From an uncultured Acidobacteriota bacterium (lineage in GTDB: Bacteria; Acidobacteriota; Thermoanaerobaculia; Multivoradales; SZUA-115): a DNA stretch of 64,000 nt. The stretch spans positions 768,001 through 832,000 of the forward strand of contig CAWDVR010000002.1 in NCBI GenBank assembly GCA_963805975.1, in the 5' to 3' direction. The notes below the pieces were generated by a model that worked only from the letters and a program-made list of their open reading frames with translations, was not told where the DNA came from and ran no database searches. Shown in pieces: positions 34,195 to 44,151 of this stretch (its first letter is position 1; the number at the start of each line of letters is the position of its first letter). The translations under genes and the position numbers were made by a program.

Positions 34195-35961
34195 ATGGAG
34201 CAAGGGAAGAATAGAAAAGTATGCCCTCGCTGGCGGGCTGCCGCGCTCGCGGGAGTGCTGGCTGCCACGGGGACTACCGCCGCAGTCGCGGCCCCTCACC
34301 ATTCGACGTTCGTGGATCAGTCCGTGCTGTCGGTGATGGAGCCGGGCAAGGCCTACCGCGTGCGGGTGCGGCTCAAGAACACGGGGACGAACACCTGGAG
34401 CGCGGCGCAGAGCTACCGCCTCGGCTCGCAGAACCCGCAGGACAACATGACCTGGGGCCTCAACCGCGTCAACCTGCCGGCAGGGCTGAGCGTCCCGCCC
34501 AACGCCATCCACGAGTTCGTCTTCGACGTCCAGGCGCCCTCGGCCGCCGCCACCTACAACCAGCGCTGGCGGATGGTGCGCGAGGGGGTCGAGTGGTTCG
34601 GCGACTTCACGCCGAACGTGGCGGTGCGCGTCAACTCGAACCTGGGCTGGAAGGGCACGCACCTCTCTCGCATGTGCCGGGTGTGGGCGCTCGGCAACCT
34701 CGGCGCTCGCCAGACCGTGCCGGGCGTGAGCTATCTGGACCTCGCGGACCGCGTGGCGCAGGCTGGCTGCCGCCTGCTCAACTGGGGAGGCTCGGGCTGG
34801 GACAAGGCCACCGACGGGCACGCCTTCGCGGCGACCGATCCCTACTGGGACCGTGCCGAGGCGTTCATCCACCGCACCAAGACGGGCAACCCCGAGGCAC
34901 GCTTCATCTACACGCTGGCCGAGGTCATGCACCCGAGCAAGGTGGCAACGGTGCAGGAAGGGCTCCCGGTGTGGACGGACATCGCGCCCCTCGAGTGCCT
35001 GCGCGACTCCCCGGCCCTCAAGCGCTACATGTTCCGCTGGTTCTTCAAGGAAAACGACGACGTGGTGTGTACCCCTGCCGGCCAGCCGGTGCCGGCCGGG
35101 GGCTGCCGCTGCTCCACGCACCCGACCTGCCCGTCGAACCATTTCTGCCCTGCCACCACGACCAACCCGGAGTGGGTGAACCACATCCCAGACGTGCGGC
35201 AGGAAGCGACGAAGGTCTGGTGGGCGAAGCTCGCGAGCCACGCCTGCAGCAGCGGTTTCGAGGACATCAACTTCAGCCTGGCTTTCCGCTCGGCCAGCCT
35301 CGACTGGCCCGCCTATGGGAACCTCCAGGAGATCATGAACCGGGTGCGAGCGGTCGCCTGCGGTGCGGACACCAGCTTCGGGGTGGAGGACCTGCGTCGC
35401 GCGCCGGAGGGCGCGCCACCGCTGGCCAGCATCGGCGAGCGCTTCCTCAAGCGGATCGACAAGATCCAGAAGCTCTCGCCTGGCGAAACCTACAACAGCC
35501 GCGGCTGCTTCCAATTCGACAACGACCCCGGCCAGCCAGGGGACCTCTGCATCCCACGCGAGCGGTTCGAGACGCCGGGTTATCCCGCGAGCTACGGCTC
35601 GCCGTATGTGGAGCTCGACGGGGACTCTCGCTGGCGGTTCTTCACCGCGTCCTACGAGGCGCGCCGGCGGTTCCTGCTCCACAGCCTGCGCTCGGCGCGG
35701 GCGACCTACGGCAACGGCGTGCCGACCTTCTTCGAGGTGCCGATGGTCCTGCCGGTGCCGGCGGCGTCGTTCACCGAACAGTTGGGGCCCTTCGGCGATC
35801 CCATCGGTTGGAGCCTGACCTGGGACGACCTCGAGGACTCGGCCGGGCCGCTCCCGGTATGCTCGACACCCGCCTGGCCGGGCGGAGCGCCCTTCCCGGT
35901 TCACGGCGTCGCCGATCTCTGGTCGTGCGGCCACGGGGACCTGTTCCCCGCGAGCTGGTGA
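34195..35961 (+). CDS. Secreted hypothetical protein: NBR1-like Ig domain followed by a Cys/Trp-rich unknown domain
   Basis: Signal peptide; 'RLKNTGTNTW...YRLGSQNPQDN.TWG...WRMVREGVEWFG' Ig-like module; long ORF with GC-rich third positions. Confidence 0.7.
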   Translation: MEQGKNRKVCPRWRAAALAGVLAATGTTAAVAAPHHSTFVDQSVLSVMEPGKAYRVRVRLKNTGTNTWSAAQSYRLGSQNPQDNMTWGLNRVNLPAGLSVPPNAIHEFVFDVQAPSAAATYNQRWRMVREGVEWFGDFTPNVAVRVNSNLGWKGTHLSRMCRVWALGNLGARQTVPGVSYLDLADRVAQAGCRLLNWGGSGWDKATDGHAFAATDPYWDRAEAFIHRTKTGNPEARFIYTLAEVMHPSKVATVQEGLPVWTDIAPLECLRDSPALKRYMFRWFFKENDDVVCTPAGQPVPAGGCRCSTHPTCPSNHFCPATTTNPEWVNHIPDVRQEATKVWWAKLASHACSSGFEDINFSLAFRSASLDWPAYGNLQEIMNRVRAVACGADTSFGVEDLRRAPEGAPPLASIGERFLKRIDKIQKLSPGETYNSRGCFQFDNDPGQPGDLCIPRERFETPGYPASYGSPYVELDGDSRWRFFTASYEARRRFLLHSLRSARATYGNGVPTFFEVPMVLPVPAASFTEQLGPFGDPIGWSLTWDDLEDSAGPLPVCSTPAWPGGAPFPVHGVADLWSCGHGDLFPASW

Positions 35962-36049
35962 TCTTCCGCTGAATAGAAGAAGCTCGACGGCAGCCGGACG
36001 GTGCCACCAGGCCCGCCCGGCTGCTTCGGCTCCCCGCCCCTCTCCCCGC

Positions 36050-39000
36050 CTAGCGGCCCAGCTCTTCGAGCCGGGCCACCACGTCGCGATAGTTGGTGTT
36101 GACGCCGTAGATGTCGACGAAGGTCTTGTAGGCGCTGTCGCGCTCGCCGGTCAGCAGGTAGGCGCTGCCGAGCTCGTAGAGCAGGCCGAGCGACTCGTTC
36201 TCGGAGAGCGCGGGGTTGTCGAGACCGCGCTTGTACCACTTGACGGCGAGCTCCGGCAGGCCCTTGTCGATGAAGCACATGCCGAGCATGGAGCAGCAGT
36301 CCACCAGCCGGTCGGGATGCTTGGCGGAGAGCTGGAACTCGCCGATCGCCTCGTCGAGCAGACCCATCTCGCGGTAGGCGATGCCGAGGTTGAAGTGGGT
36401 CTCGTAGTCCTCGGGGGAGAGGTGCTCGGCCACGCCGCGCTTGAAGCCTTCGACGATCTCCTCGAGCGACTGCTCGTGCGGTTGGGCGAAGAGGCTCTCG
36501 CCGTGGATCGCCTCCTCCTTCCGGAGCTCTTCTTCGAGCTCGGCCGCGAGGTTGAAGAAGCCCTCCTCGGCCTCGAAGATCTTCTGGTCGGCCGCCGGGC
36601 CGGCGGCGGCCTGCGCCGAGGCCTCGTCGAGCCAGGACAGGTCGGCCTCGTCGAGCGCCGGCGCCACGGGCTCGGCGGCGAAGATCTCGATCCCGTCGAG
36701 GTCGTCGGCGGTGGCGGCGAAATCCTCGGGCAGCTCGGGTGGGGCCGGCGGAGCCTCCGCCGCGGGCTCGGGCGCCAGAGACGGCGGTGCGAAGAGCGGC
36801 GCAGGCGCGGGCGGTGGGACTGGAGCCGGCGTCCCGGGAGCGGGCGCTCCCGAAGCCAGGCCCTCGGCCTCGATGTCGGCGCCGATGCTCTTGAGGTCGA
36901 AGAGGTCGCCAGCCTCTGCGGCGGCCACCGGAGCCGGCGGCGGGGGCGGCGCCGAGACCGGCTTCGCCGGGCGGGCGGCAGCAGGCCGGCCCCGGACGCT
37001 GCCGGCGATCTGGGCCAGGGTGGCGTCCAGGTCCTGGATCGGCGCCTTCTTCTTGGGTGCCGGGGCCGACGCCGGGGCTTCGACCGGCAGCGGCGGCGCC
37101 GGAGCCGCCACCTCGGCAGCCGGAGGCGCGGGGGGCTCCGAAGCCTTCTCGAAAGGAACCTCTTCGAACAGCTCCAGCGGCGGGAGCTGCTCTTCGGCCT
37201 CGGCCGCGAACGGGGGCAGCGATCCCTCGAAAGAGCTCCACGGCTCGCCGGCGAGCGCCGGGGCGTCGAACCCGTCGAAGCTGAGGTCGATCTCCGCCGG
37301 CTCCGGCTCGAGGGCAGGAAGCGGCGCGTGCTCGACGGCCGCCGGGGCCTCGTCGTGCGGCTCGGGCAGCGCCGCCGCTTCCACCACCAGGGGCTCTTCC
37401 GATACCGGGGGTTCTGCCGGCCGAGGTCTGACCTCGGGCTCGGCCACGGCGGCGCCCGGTGCGGCGGTCACGCGGCGCTCGCCCTCGATACGGAAGCCGG
37501 CCGCGAGCAGGCGCTCGCGGACTTCCTGCCACGGCTCCGGATTGCCCATCTCGGCCGCGATGGCGCCCATCTCGTTGGCGAGCATCACCACCCGCTCGTG
37601 GCGGCCCATCTCGAGATAGAGGCCGATCTGTACCGCGTAGGCCCCCAAGTGGTTGGGGTTGATCCGGAACACCTCTTCGAGGCGCTCCAGGGCCTTGTCC
37701 CGCATGCCGTACTTGGCGAGCACCTCGGCCTCGGTCAGGAGGTCGTCCTCGTGCGCGTGACGCCGCGGCTCGAGCTCGGCCGCCGTCCGTTCGAGGAGGT
37801 CGATGTCGAGATCGGGCACGGCCTCCGCACGGTCGCGCTCGTCGGCGAAGTCGAACTCGGGCTGCACTTCCCACGGCTGAGGCTCGACCGCGGGCGCCTC
37901 GCTGGCCGGCGCTTCGATGACCACGGCCGGCGGCGGCGGGGCCGCTGTCCGGCCGGCGGCCGAAGGTTCGAAGGGCGGCACCTCTGCCGGCGGCCGGGGC
38001 GGCTTCTCGAGCATGTCCGGCGGCGGTGCGACCTGGCTCGCCGGTGTCGCGTCGTCGTCGAGGTCGAAAACGAAGACCTCGTCGAGGTCGAGGTCGAACT
38101 CCACCGGAGGCGGCGCTCGCACCGGTTCCGGCGGAGCGGCACCGGCCGCGGTGTCCTCCTCGAGCAGCATCTCGACCGGGCTGTCCTCCGGAGGCCGCTC
38201 TTGCCGGGGGTGGGGCTGGGATTCCTCGGCCAGCCGGCCGCCGTGATCGTCGACAAAAGCCGGCGGCTCGGGCCGCGGTGGAGGCGCCGGTCGGGAGACG
38301 GCGGCGGGCGGTGGCGGAGCCGGCTCGACCTTGGACCGCGGGTGGACGAGGGGCAGCTCTCGCGCCACCGGCTTCTCCGGCACCGGCGGAGCGCTCGGCG
38401 CCAGACCGTGGCCGAGGTCGCCAAGGCGCTGCTCGATCCCCGGGTTGCGCTTGGTCACGGCGGCAAGCAGCCGCGCCGCCGCGCCGTCCTGCCCGGCCGC
38501 GCGCAGGCTCTGGATCGCATCCCGCAGCAGCTCGTGGTTCTCGGGGTCGATGTCGAGAGCCTTTTCCCAAACCCGGGTGGCACCCTCCCACTGGCCGCTC
38601 GCGACGAGCTGCCCGGCGATGGTGCGGTACTCGCCGATCGCCTCGGCGATCGCCCCCTGCTGCTCCAGGAGGTCGGCCAGCCTGGCGCGGTGCGAGGGGT
38701 TCCCCGGCTCGAGCTGCACCATCCGCCGGCAGATGGCGGTCGCCGCCGGGGCGTCGTTGTGCTTCTGGAAGTAGTCGGCCAGCACCTGGTACTGGGTGCG
38801 CGCCTCGTTGACCAGGCCCTGGCGGTGGTAGAGCTCGGCCAGGCGCTCGTAGATGTCGAGCCGCGTGGGGTCGAGCTTGATGATCTTCTTGTAGATGGCG
38901 ATCGCTTTGACGAAGAAGCCGTCGTCCGTGTAGTGCTCGGCGATGCGGACGAAGAGCGTGATCGCCTCGCCGTGGCGCTCCAGGCGGGCGTAGAGGTCGC

Positions 39001-39136
39001 CCACGCGGTTGAGCGTGTTGGTGTCGCGCGGGTTGTCCGCCAGCACCTTGCGGTACTCGCGGATCGCCGCCTCCACCTTGCCGCGGGCGACGAGGCGCTC
39101 GGCCTGCTGGATGACCTTCTCGCGGGTGGCGGCCAA
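36050..39136 (-). CDS. Large TPR protein with acidic/Pro-Ala linkers (SgmX-like C-terminus)
   Basis: N-terminal TPRs, low-complexity centre, C-terminal EDYETHFNLGIAYREMGLLDEAIGEF. Confidence 0.8.
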   Translation of the reverse strand: MAATREKVIQQAERLVARGKVEAAIREYRKVLADNPRDTNTLNRVGDLYARLERHGEAITLFVRIAEHYTDDGFFVKAIAIYKKIIKLDPTRLDIYERLAELYHRQGLVNEARTQYQVLADYFQKHNDAPAATAICRRMVQLEPGNPSHRARLADLLEQQGAIAEAIGEYRTIAGQLVASGQWEGATRVWEKALDIDPENHELLRDAIQSLRAAGQDGAAARLLAAVTKRNPGIEQRLGDLGHGLAPSAPPVPEKPVARELPLVHPRSKVEPAPPPPAAVSRPAPPPRPEPPAFVDDHGGRLAEESQPHPRQERPPEDSPVEMLLEEDTAAGAAPPEPVRAPPPVEFDLDLDEVFVFDLDDDATPASQVAPPPDMLEKPPRPPAEVPPFEPSAAGRTAAPPPPAVVIEAPASEAPAVEPQPWEVQPEFDFADERDRAEAVPDLDIDLLERTAAELEPRRHAHEDDLLTEAEVLAKYGMRDKALERLEEVFRINPNHLGAYAVQIGLYLEMGRHERVVMLANEMGAIAAEMGNPEPWQEVRERLLAAGFRIEGERRVTAAPGAAVAEPEVRPRPAEPPVSEEPLVVEAAALPEPHDEAPAAVEHAPLPALEPEPAEIDLSFDGFDAPALAGEPWSSFEGSLPPFAAEAEEQLPPLELFEEVPFEKASEPPAPPAAEVAAPAPPLPVEAPASAPAPKKKAPIQDLDATLAQIAGSVRGRPAAARPAKPVSAPPPPPAPVAAAEAGDLFDLKSIGADIEAEGLASGAPAPGTPAPVPPPAPAPLFAPPSLAPEPAAEAPPAPPELPEDFAATADDLDGIEIFAAEPVAPALDEADLSWLDEASAQAAAGPAADQKIFEAEEGFFNLAAELEEELRKEEAIHGESLFAQPHEQSLEEIVEGFKRGVAEHLSPEDYETHFNLGIAYREMGLLDEAIGEFQLSAKHPDRLVDCCSMLGMCFIDKGLPELAVKWYKRGLDNPALSENESLGLLYELGSAYLLTGERDSAYKTFVDIYGVNTNYRDVVARLEELGR

Positions 39137-39147
39137 TGTGCGGGCCC

Positions 39148-39792
39148 TCAGCAGACCGCGGCGCGCGGCAGAACCGAGCGGAAGGTGAGGCGGTGGAGCG
39201 GGCAGGGGCCGTGGGTGACGAGCGCCGACAGGTGCTCGGGCGCGCCGTAGCCCTTGTGCGACGCGAAACCGTAGTGCGGGAAGTCGCGGCCGAAGCCGAC
39301 CATCAGCCGGTCGCGCGCCACCTTGGCGACGATCGAGGCCGAGGCCACGGCGTAGGAGACGGCGTCGCCGCGGATCAAGGGCAGGTAGGGAACGCCGAGA
39401 CCGGGCAGCGGGACGGCGTCGATCACCACGCAGTCCGGCGCCGGATCGAGGCCGGCGAGGGCCCGGCGCATGGCCAGGCGGGTCGCTTCGAGGATGTTGA
39501 CGCGATCGATGTCACCCGCGTCGACGGCGGCCACCGAGACCGCCAGCGCGCTCGCCCGGATCTGGTAGGCCAGGCGTTCGCGCTCCGCGGGATCGAGGTT
39601 CTTGCTGTCGTCGACGCCGGGCACCAGGCGCTCCGGGTCCGGGATCACGGCTGCCGCCACCACCGGGCCGGCCAGCGCCCCTCGCCCGACCTCGTCCACT
39701 CCGGCGATGCGCAGATAGCCGCACTGCTGGAGCAGGCCTTCGAGGCCTCGCATCAGGCGCAGTCGGTAGGCTTCGGCGAACAGCTCCAGCAC
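39148..39792 (-). CDS. rnhB: Ribonuclease HII
   Basis: GVDEVGRGALAGPVVAAAV, DDSK, ASIVAKVARD, HKGYG, HRLTF. Confidence 0.95.
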   Translation of the reverse strand: MLELFAEAYRLRLMRGLEGLLQQCGYLRIAGVDEVGRGALAGPVVAAAVIPDPERLVPGVDDSKNLDPAERERLAYQIRASALAVSVAAVDAGDIDRVNILEATRLAMRRALAGLDPAPDCVVIDAVPLPGLGVPYLPLIRGDAVSYAVASASIVAKVARDRLMVGFGRDFPHYGFASHKGYGAPEHLSALVTHGPCPLHRLTFRSVLPRAAVC

Positions 39793-39903
39793 GGTACTGA
39801 CGTGCTCCTCGGTTGCTCTACGGTCCCTCGTTCGCCTCGGATCGGCCGGCGCAGAGCTTTCTGCAACCGGCGGGTCTGGTTGCGCACTGTGCCCGGGCGG
39901 TCC

Positions 39904-40281
39904 TCAGCCGCCGCCCGCCGCGCTCTCGCTGGGGCGCTCGTCGCGCCGCTCTTCGATGCGGGCTGCACGGCCCCGCAGATCGCGCAGGTAGTAGAGCTTG
40001 GCGCGCCGCACCTTGCCGCGGCGGACGAGCTCGATCTTGTCGAGCACCGGCGAGTGCAGAGGAAAGATCCGCTCGACGCCGACGCCGCCCGAGATCTTGC
40101 GCACGGTGAAGGTCTCGCGGACGCCGCCGCCCCGGCGGGCGATGATCACGCCCTGGAAGATCTGGATCCGCTCTTTACTACCTTCGACTACCCGCACGTG
40201 TACCTTGACGGTATCGCCGGGACGAAACTCTGGGATGCCGCCGCGCAGATACGCGGCCTCGACCTGCTGCAACTGGTTCAT
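39904..40281 (-). CDS. rplS: 50S ribosomal protein L19
   Basis: [35 protein letters not shown]. Confidence 0.98.
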   Translation of the reverse strand: MNQLQQVEAAYLRGGIPEFRPGDTVKVHVRVVEGSKERIQIFQGVIIARRGGGVRETFTVRKISGGVGVERIFPLHSPVLDKIELVRRGKVRRAKLYYLRDLRGRAARIEERRDERPSESAAGGG

Positions 40282-40329
40282 CGTGACCTTCCCTTGAAAG
40301 AAAGAAACCCGAAAAGGAGACGCTCCGCA

Positions 40330-41079
40330 TCATTCCGCATCCGAGCCGGGGATTGCAAGTGTCGTCCGTGATTCACTTTGCGGCCGGTCGGCAGGGGCGA
40401 GGCGGGCCGGCGCCAGGAGGTCCGGGCGCTTGCGGCGCGTCGCCTCCAGGGCCTTCTCCCGCCGCCAGCGCTCGATGGCCGCGTGGTCGCCCGAGAGCAG
40501 CACCGCCGGCACCGGAAGACCCTCGACCTGCGGTGGCCGGGTGTAGTGGGGATGGTCCAGCAGGCCGCCGCGGAAGCTGTCGCGCTCGACCGAGCCGGCG
40601 AGCCCCACCACCCCGGGCACCTGGCGCGACACCGCCTCGATCAGCACCATGGCCGGCAGCTCCCCTCCCGACAGCACGTAGTCGCCAATCGAAACCTCCT
40701 CGTCCACCACCGTCTCGAGCACCCGCTCGTCCAGCCCTTCGTACCTGCCGCAGAGCAGCAGGAGCTCGCCCCTACCGCCCAGCTCGCGCACCTTGGCCTC
40801 GTCCAGCCGCCCCCCCTGGGGCGAGAGCAGAACCCGCCACGGCGCGCTCTCGCCACCCACCTCCCGCACCGCCCTGATCCACGGCGGCGCCGTCATCACC
40901 ATGCCGCCACCGCCGCCGTAGGGCTCGTCGTCGACGCTCCTGTGGCGGTCCTCGGTGAAGCCCCGCAAATCGTGGACCGCCACCTCGAGCAGGCCCTTCT
41001 CGATCGCCCGCCCCACCAGGCTGGTCCCGAGGAAGGTCGAGAACAGCTCGGGGAAGATGGTTATGACCTGGATGCGCAT
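40330..41079 (-). CDS. trmD: tRNA (guanine-N1)-methyltransferase
   Basis: VDDEPYGGGGGMVM, CGRYEG, SIGDYVLSGGE, YTRP, LLSGDH. Confidence 0.97.
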   Translation of the reverse strand: MRIQVITIFPELFSTFLGTSLVGRAIEKGLLEVAVHDLRGFTEDRHRSVDDEPYGGGGGMVMTAPPWIRAVREVGGESAPWRVLLSPQGGRLDEAKVRELGGRGELLLLCGRYEGLDERVLETVVDEEVSIGDYVLSGGELPAMVLIEAVSRQVPGVVGLAGSVERDSFRGGLLDHPHYTRPPQVEGLPVPAVLLSGDHAAIERWRREKALEATRRKRPDLLAPARLAPADRPQSESRTTLAIPGSDAE

Positions 41080-41618
41080 GCTTCGACGAGGCCGGGAGGC
41101 AGATCGAGCTCGATCGACCTCGCCTCGACATCGATCGAGCGGATGAAGCGCTCGACGAACGGCACCAGCACTTCACCCGCCGGCCCCGAGACCACCAGCA
41201 TCTGCCCGCCGCCCTCCTCCACCAAGTCCGTCACCTCGCCCAGCACGCCGGCCTCACGGTCGTGGCAGCGGCAGCCGACGAGCTGGAACTGGTAGAAGGC
41301 GCCCGCAGGGGGCGGCGGCACCTCGTGCGGCTCGACCTCCAGGGTCGAGCCCCGCAGCGCCTCGGCCGCGTTGCGGTCCGCGACGCCCTCGAAGGTGACG
41401 AGGGAGAAGCCCTTGTGCGGCCGGGCCGCCGCCACCGTGAGAGCGCGCCGGCCACCGCGCCGGTCCACTGCCGTGAACTCGCGGCCCTCCGCCAACCGCC
41501 CGGGCACATCGGACAGCAGCTCCACCGCCACCTCGCCGCGAATGCCATGGGCGTGGTGGACGACGCCGACCACCACGGTCTCGGCCGGCTGGCTAGTCGT
41601 CGAGGATCTCGAGACCAT
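41061..41618 (-). CDS. rimM: 16S rRNA processing protein RimM
   Basis: HGIRGEV, DRNAAEALRG, FYQFQLVG, VPFV; operon context. Confidence 0.92.
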   Translation of the reverse strand: MVSRSSTTSQPAETVVVGVVHHAHGIRGEVAVELLSDVPGRLAEGREFTAVDRRGGRRALTVAAARPHKGFSLVTFEGVADRNAAEALRGSTLEVEPHEVPPPPAGAFYQFQLVGCRCHDREAGVLGEVTDLVEEGGGQMLVVSGPAGEVLVPFVERFIRSIDVEARSIELDLPPGLVEACASRS

Positions 41619-41856
41619 ACTGCGCGCTCTCGGCGTCCCCACGGCAATCGAGCAGCGTGCGCAGCGCGCGGGCCGTCCGGCCGCGGCGGCCGATCACCTG
41701 GCCCATGTCCTCGGGGGCCGCCGTCACCTCGAAGACTGTGGCGCGGCGCATCGGCACCGCCACCACCGACAGCTCCTGCGGCTGGTCGACGATCTGCCTC
41801 AGCAGGCTTTCGAGGTCCGCGCGGACCGCTTCGGGGTCGGATCTGGGCTCGGACAT
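41593..41856 (-). CDS. khpA: KH-domain RNA-binding protein
   Basis: EDMGQVIGRRGRTARALRTLL; lies between rpsP and rimM. Confidence 0.9.
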   Translation of the reverse strand: MSEPRSDPEAVRADLESLLRQIVDQPQELSVVAVPMRRATVFEVTAAPEDMGQVIGRRGRTARALRTLLDCRGDAESAQYGLEILDD

Positions 41857-41878
41857 GGGAGTGGATCAGGAGCCCGGC

Positions 41879-42109
41879 TCAGGCGCGGCCAGCGAGGCTC
41901 TTGACCGTCTCGGAGACCTGGGCGCCCTTGCTCACCCAGTAGTCGTAGCGCTCGCGGTCGAGCTTGACCTCGGCCGGCTTGCGCTCGGGATCGTAGTGGC
42001 CGATCTGCTCGACGGCCGCGGCCCTGGGGGTGCGGCGGCTGTCAGAGACCACCACCCGGTAGAAGGCGCGGTTGGTGGTGCCGGTGCGCCGCAGTCGAAT
42101 CGTCAACAT
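41879..42109 (-). CDS. rpsP: 30S ribosomal protein S16
   Basis: MLTIRLRRTG...FYRVVVSDSR...GHYDP...GAQVSETV. Confidence 0.97.
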   Translation of the reverse strand: MLTIRLRRTGTTNRAFYRVVVSDSRRTPRAAAVEQIGHYDPERKPAEVKLDRERYDYWVSKGAQVSETVKSLAGRA

Positions 42110-42255
42110 GGCTTTGGAAGGACCTCCGGGGGTTGTTTCGACGCACGGCGAGCGTTCCGCCCAGCCGCGCGAAGCGTCGGATGCTACCAGGAAGCCGGAC
42201 CAGGCGCCAGTCCCGGGCGGGCTCGGCGGCCCGGAGAGCATGTTACGCTGTCGCC

Positions 42256-44148
42256 ATGACCAAACGTCTCACGACTCCCATGGTTCGCGACCGGCGCGGA
42301 GCGCCGCTCCGGCCGGCGACCTGGGACGAGGCGTTGGATCGAGCCGCCGCCGGCCTCTCCTCCGTGGTGGAGGCCCGCGGCCCGCGCGCTTTCGGGCTCT
42401 TCAGCTGCTCGAAGGCGACGAACGAGATGAACTACGCGGCGGGCAAGTTCGCGCGCGCGGTCATCGGCTCGAACAACGTCGACAGCTGCAACCGCACCTG
42501 ACACGCCCCGAGCGTCGCCGGTCTGGCGACTGTGTTCGGAGCGGGTGGCGGCACGAGCTCCTACCAGGAGATCGAAGAGACGAGTTGTATCTTGCTGTGG
42601 GGCTCGAACGCGCGGGAGACGCACCCGATCTTCTTCCACCATCTGCTGAAGGGCATGAGAAACGGCGCCCGCCTCTACACGATCGACCCGCGCCGCACCT
42701 CCTCGGCCGCCTGGGCCGACCTGTGGGCCGGGCTCGAGGTGGGCACGGACATCGCGCTCGCCCACACCATGGCGCGGGAGATCATCGCCGCCGGGCTCGT
42801 CAACCAGGAGTTCGTCGAGCACGCGACCAGCGGCTTCGAGGCCTATCGTGAGTCAGTCGAGCCCTGGACTCTGGAGCGCGGCGCGGCCGAGACCGGCGTG
42901 CCGGCGGCGGTGATCCGCGAGATCGCCCACGCCTACGCCCAGGCGCCCCGCGCCATGATCTGCTGGACGCTCGGCATCACCGAGCACCACAACGCGGTCG
43001 ACAACGTGGTGTCGCTCATCAACCTCTCGCTGCTCACCGGCCACGTCGGCCGCTACGGCTCGGGGCTCAACCCGCTCCGGGGCCAGAACAACGTCCAGGG
43101 CGGCGGCGACATGGGGGCGCTCCCCGACCGCCTGCCCGGCTTCCAGCACCTGGAGAACGCGCCGCTGCGCGAGAAGTTCGAGGCCGCCTGGGGCGCCAGG
43201 ATCCCGCCGCAGGGCGGCTGGCACCTCTCGGGGATGTTCGACGCCATGGAACGCGGCGAGCTCACCGCCCTCTACGTGATCGGCGAGAACCCGTTGCGCT
43301 CCGAGGCGGACCAGCACCGGGCGAGGAAGCTGCTCGAGGGCCTCGAGTGCCTGATCGTGCAGGACGTGGTCGAGACCGCCACCTCCGAGATTGCGGACGT
43401 GGTGCTGCCGGCGGCGGCGGGCTGGTGCGAGTCCGAAGGTACTGTCACCTCGAGCGAGCGGCGGGTGCAGCGGGTGCGTCGCGCCCTGCCGCCGCCGGCC
43501 GGCGCCCGCGACGACCTCGAGATCATCTTCGGCCTGGCCAACCGCCTGGGCAAGAGCTGGGGCGAGCCCGACCCCGAGGCGCTCTGGAACGAGCTGCGGA
43601 CCGTCTCCCCCATGCACGCCGGCATGAGCTATGCGCGGCTCGAGGCCGAGGGCGGCATCCAGTGGCCCTGCTACGACGACCACCACCCGGGCGAGCTCTT
43701 CCTGCACAGCCGGCTCTGGGAGCGGCCGGTGAAAGGGCCGCGGGCGCCCTTCAGCGTGGTCGAGCACGACCTGCCGGTCGACCGCCTGGACGACGATTTC
43801 CCGATGCGCCTCACCACCGGCCGCCGGCTCGAGGAGTACAACACCGGCGTGCAGACGGCGGGCTACAGCTCGCCGGTGCGCCGCGGCGAGACCCTGGACC
43901 TCTCCCCCGAGGATGCCGTGCGGCTGGGTTTCGCCGAGGGCGAGAGGGCGCGTGTCTCGTCGCGCCGCGGCAGTGTCGAGGCGCCGGTGCACATCGACCC
44001 CGCCCTGCGGCCGGGGCTGTCGTTCATGACCTTCCACTTCCCCGAGGAAGTGCCCACCAACCTCCTCACCATCGATGCCACGGACCCGCGCTCCGGCACG
44101 GCGGAGTTCAAGGCGACGGCGGTCCGCATCGAGCGCCCAGAGGCCTGA
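42256..44148 (+). CDS. Selenocysteine-containing Mo/W-bisPGD formate dehydrogenase-like catalytic subunit (in-frame UGA 42499-42501)
   Basis: ORFs 42133-42501 and 42532-44148 share one frame and join as NNVDSCNRT-U-HAPSVAGL; also NPLRGQNNVQGGGDMG and LTTGRR; SECIS follows the UGA. Confidence 0.9.
42499..42536 (+). promoter_or_regulatory. Bacterial SECIS element
   Basis: UGA, 12 nt, then GUCGCC-GGUCU-GGCGAC hairpin (42514-42530) resembling the E. coli fdhF SECIS apical loop. Confidence 0.8.
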
Positions 44149-44151
44149 GCC

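Noticed and set aside
42499-42501. TGA read as a nonsense mutation making the FDH a pseudogene
   Set aside because: It falls at the catalytic Cys/Sec position and is followed by a SECIS-like hairpin.
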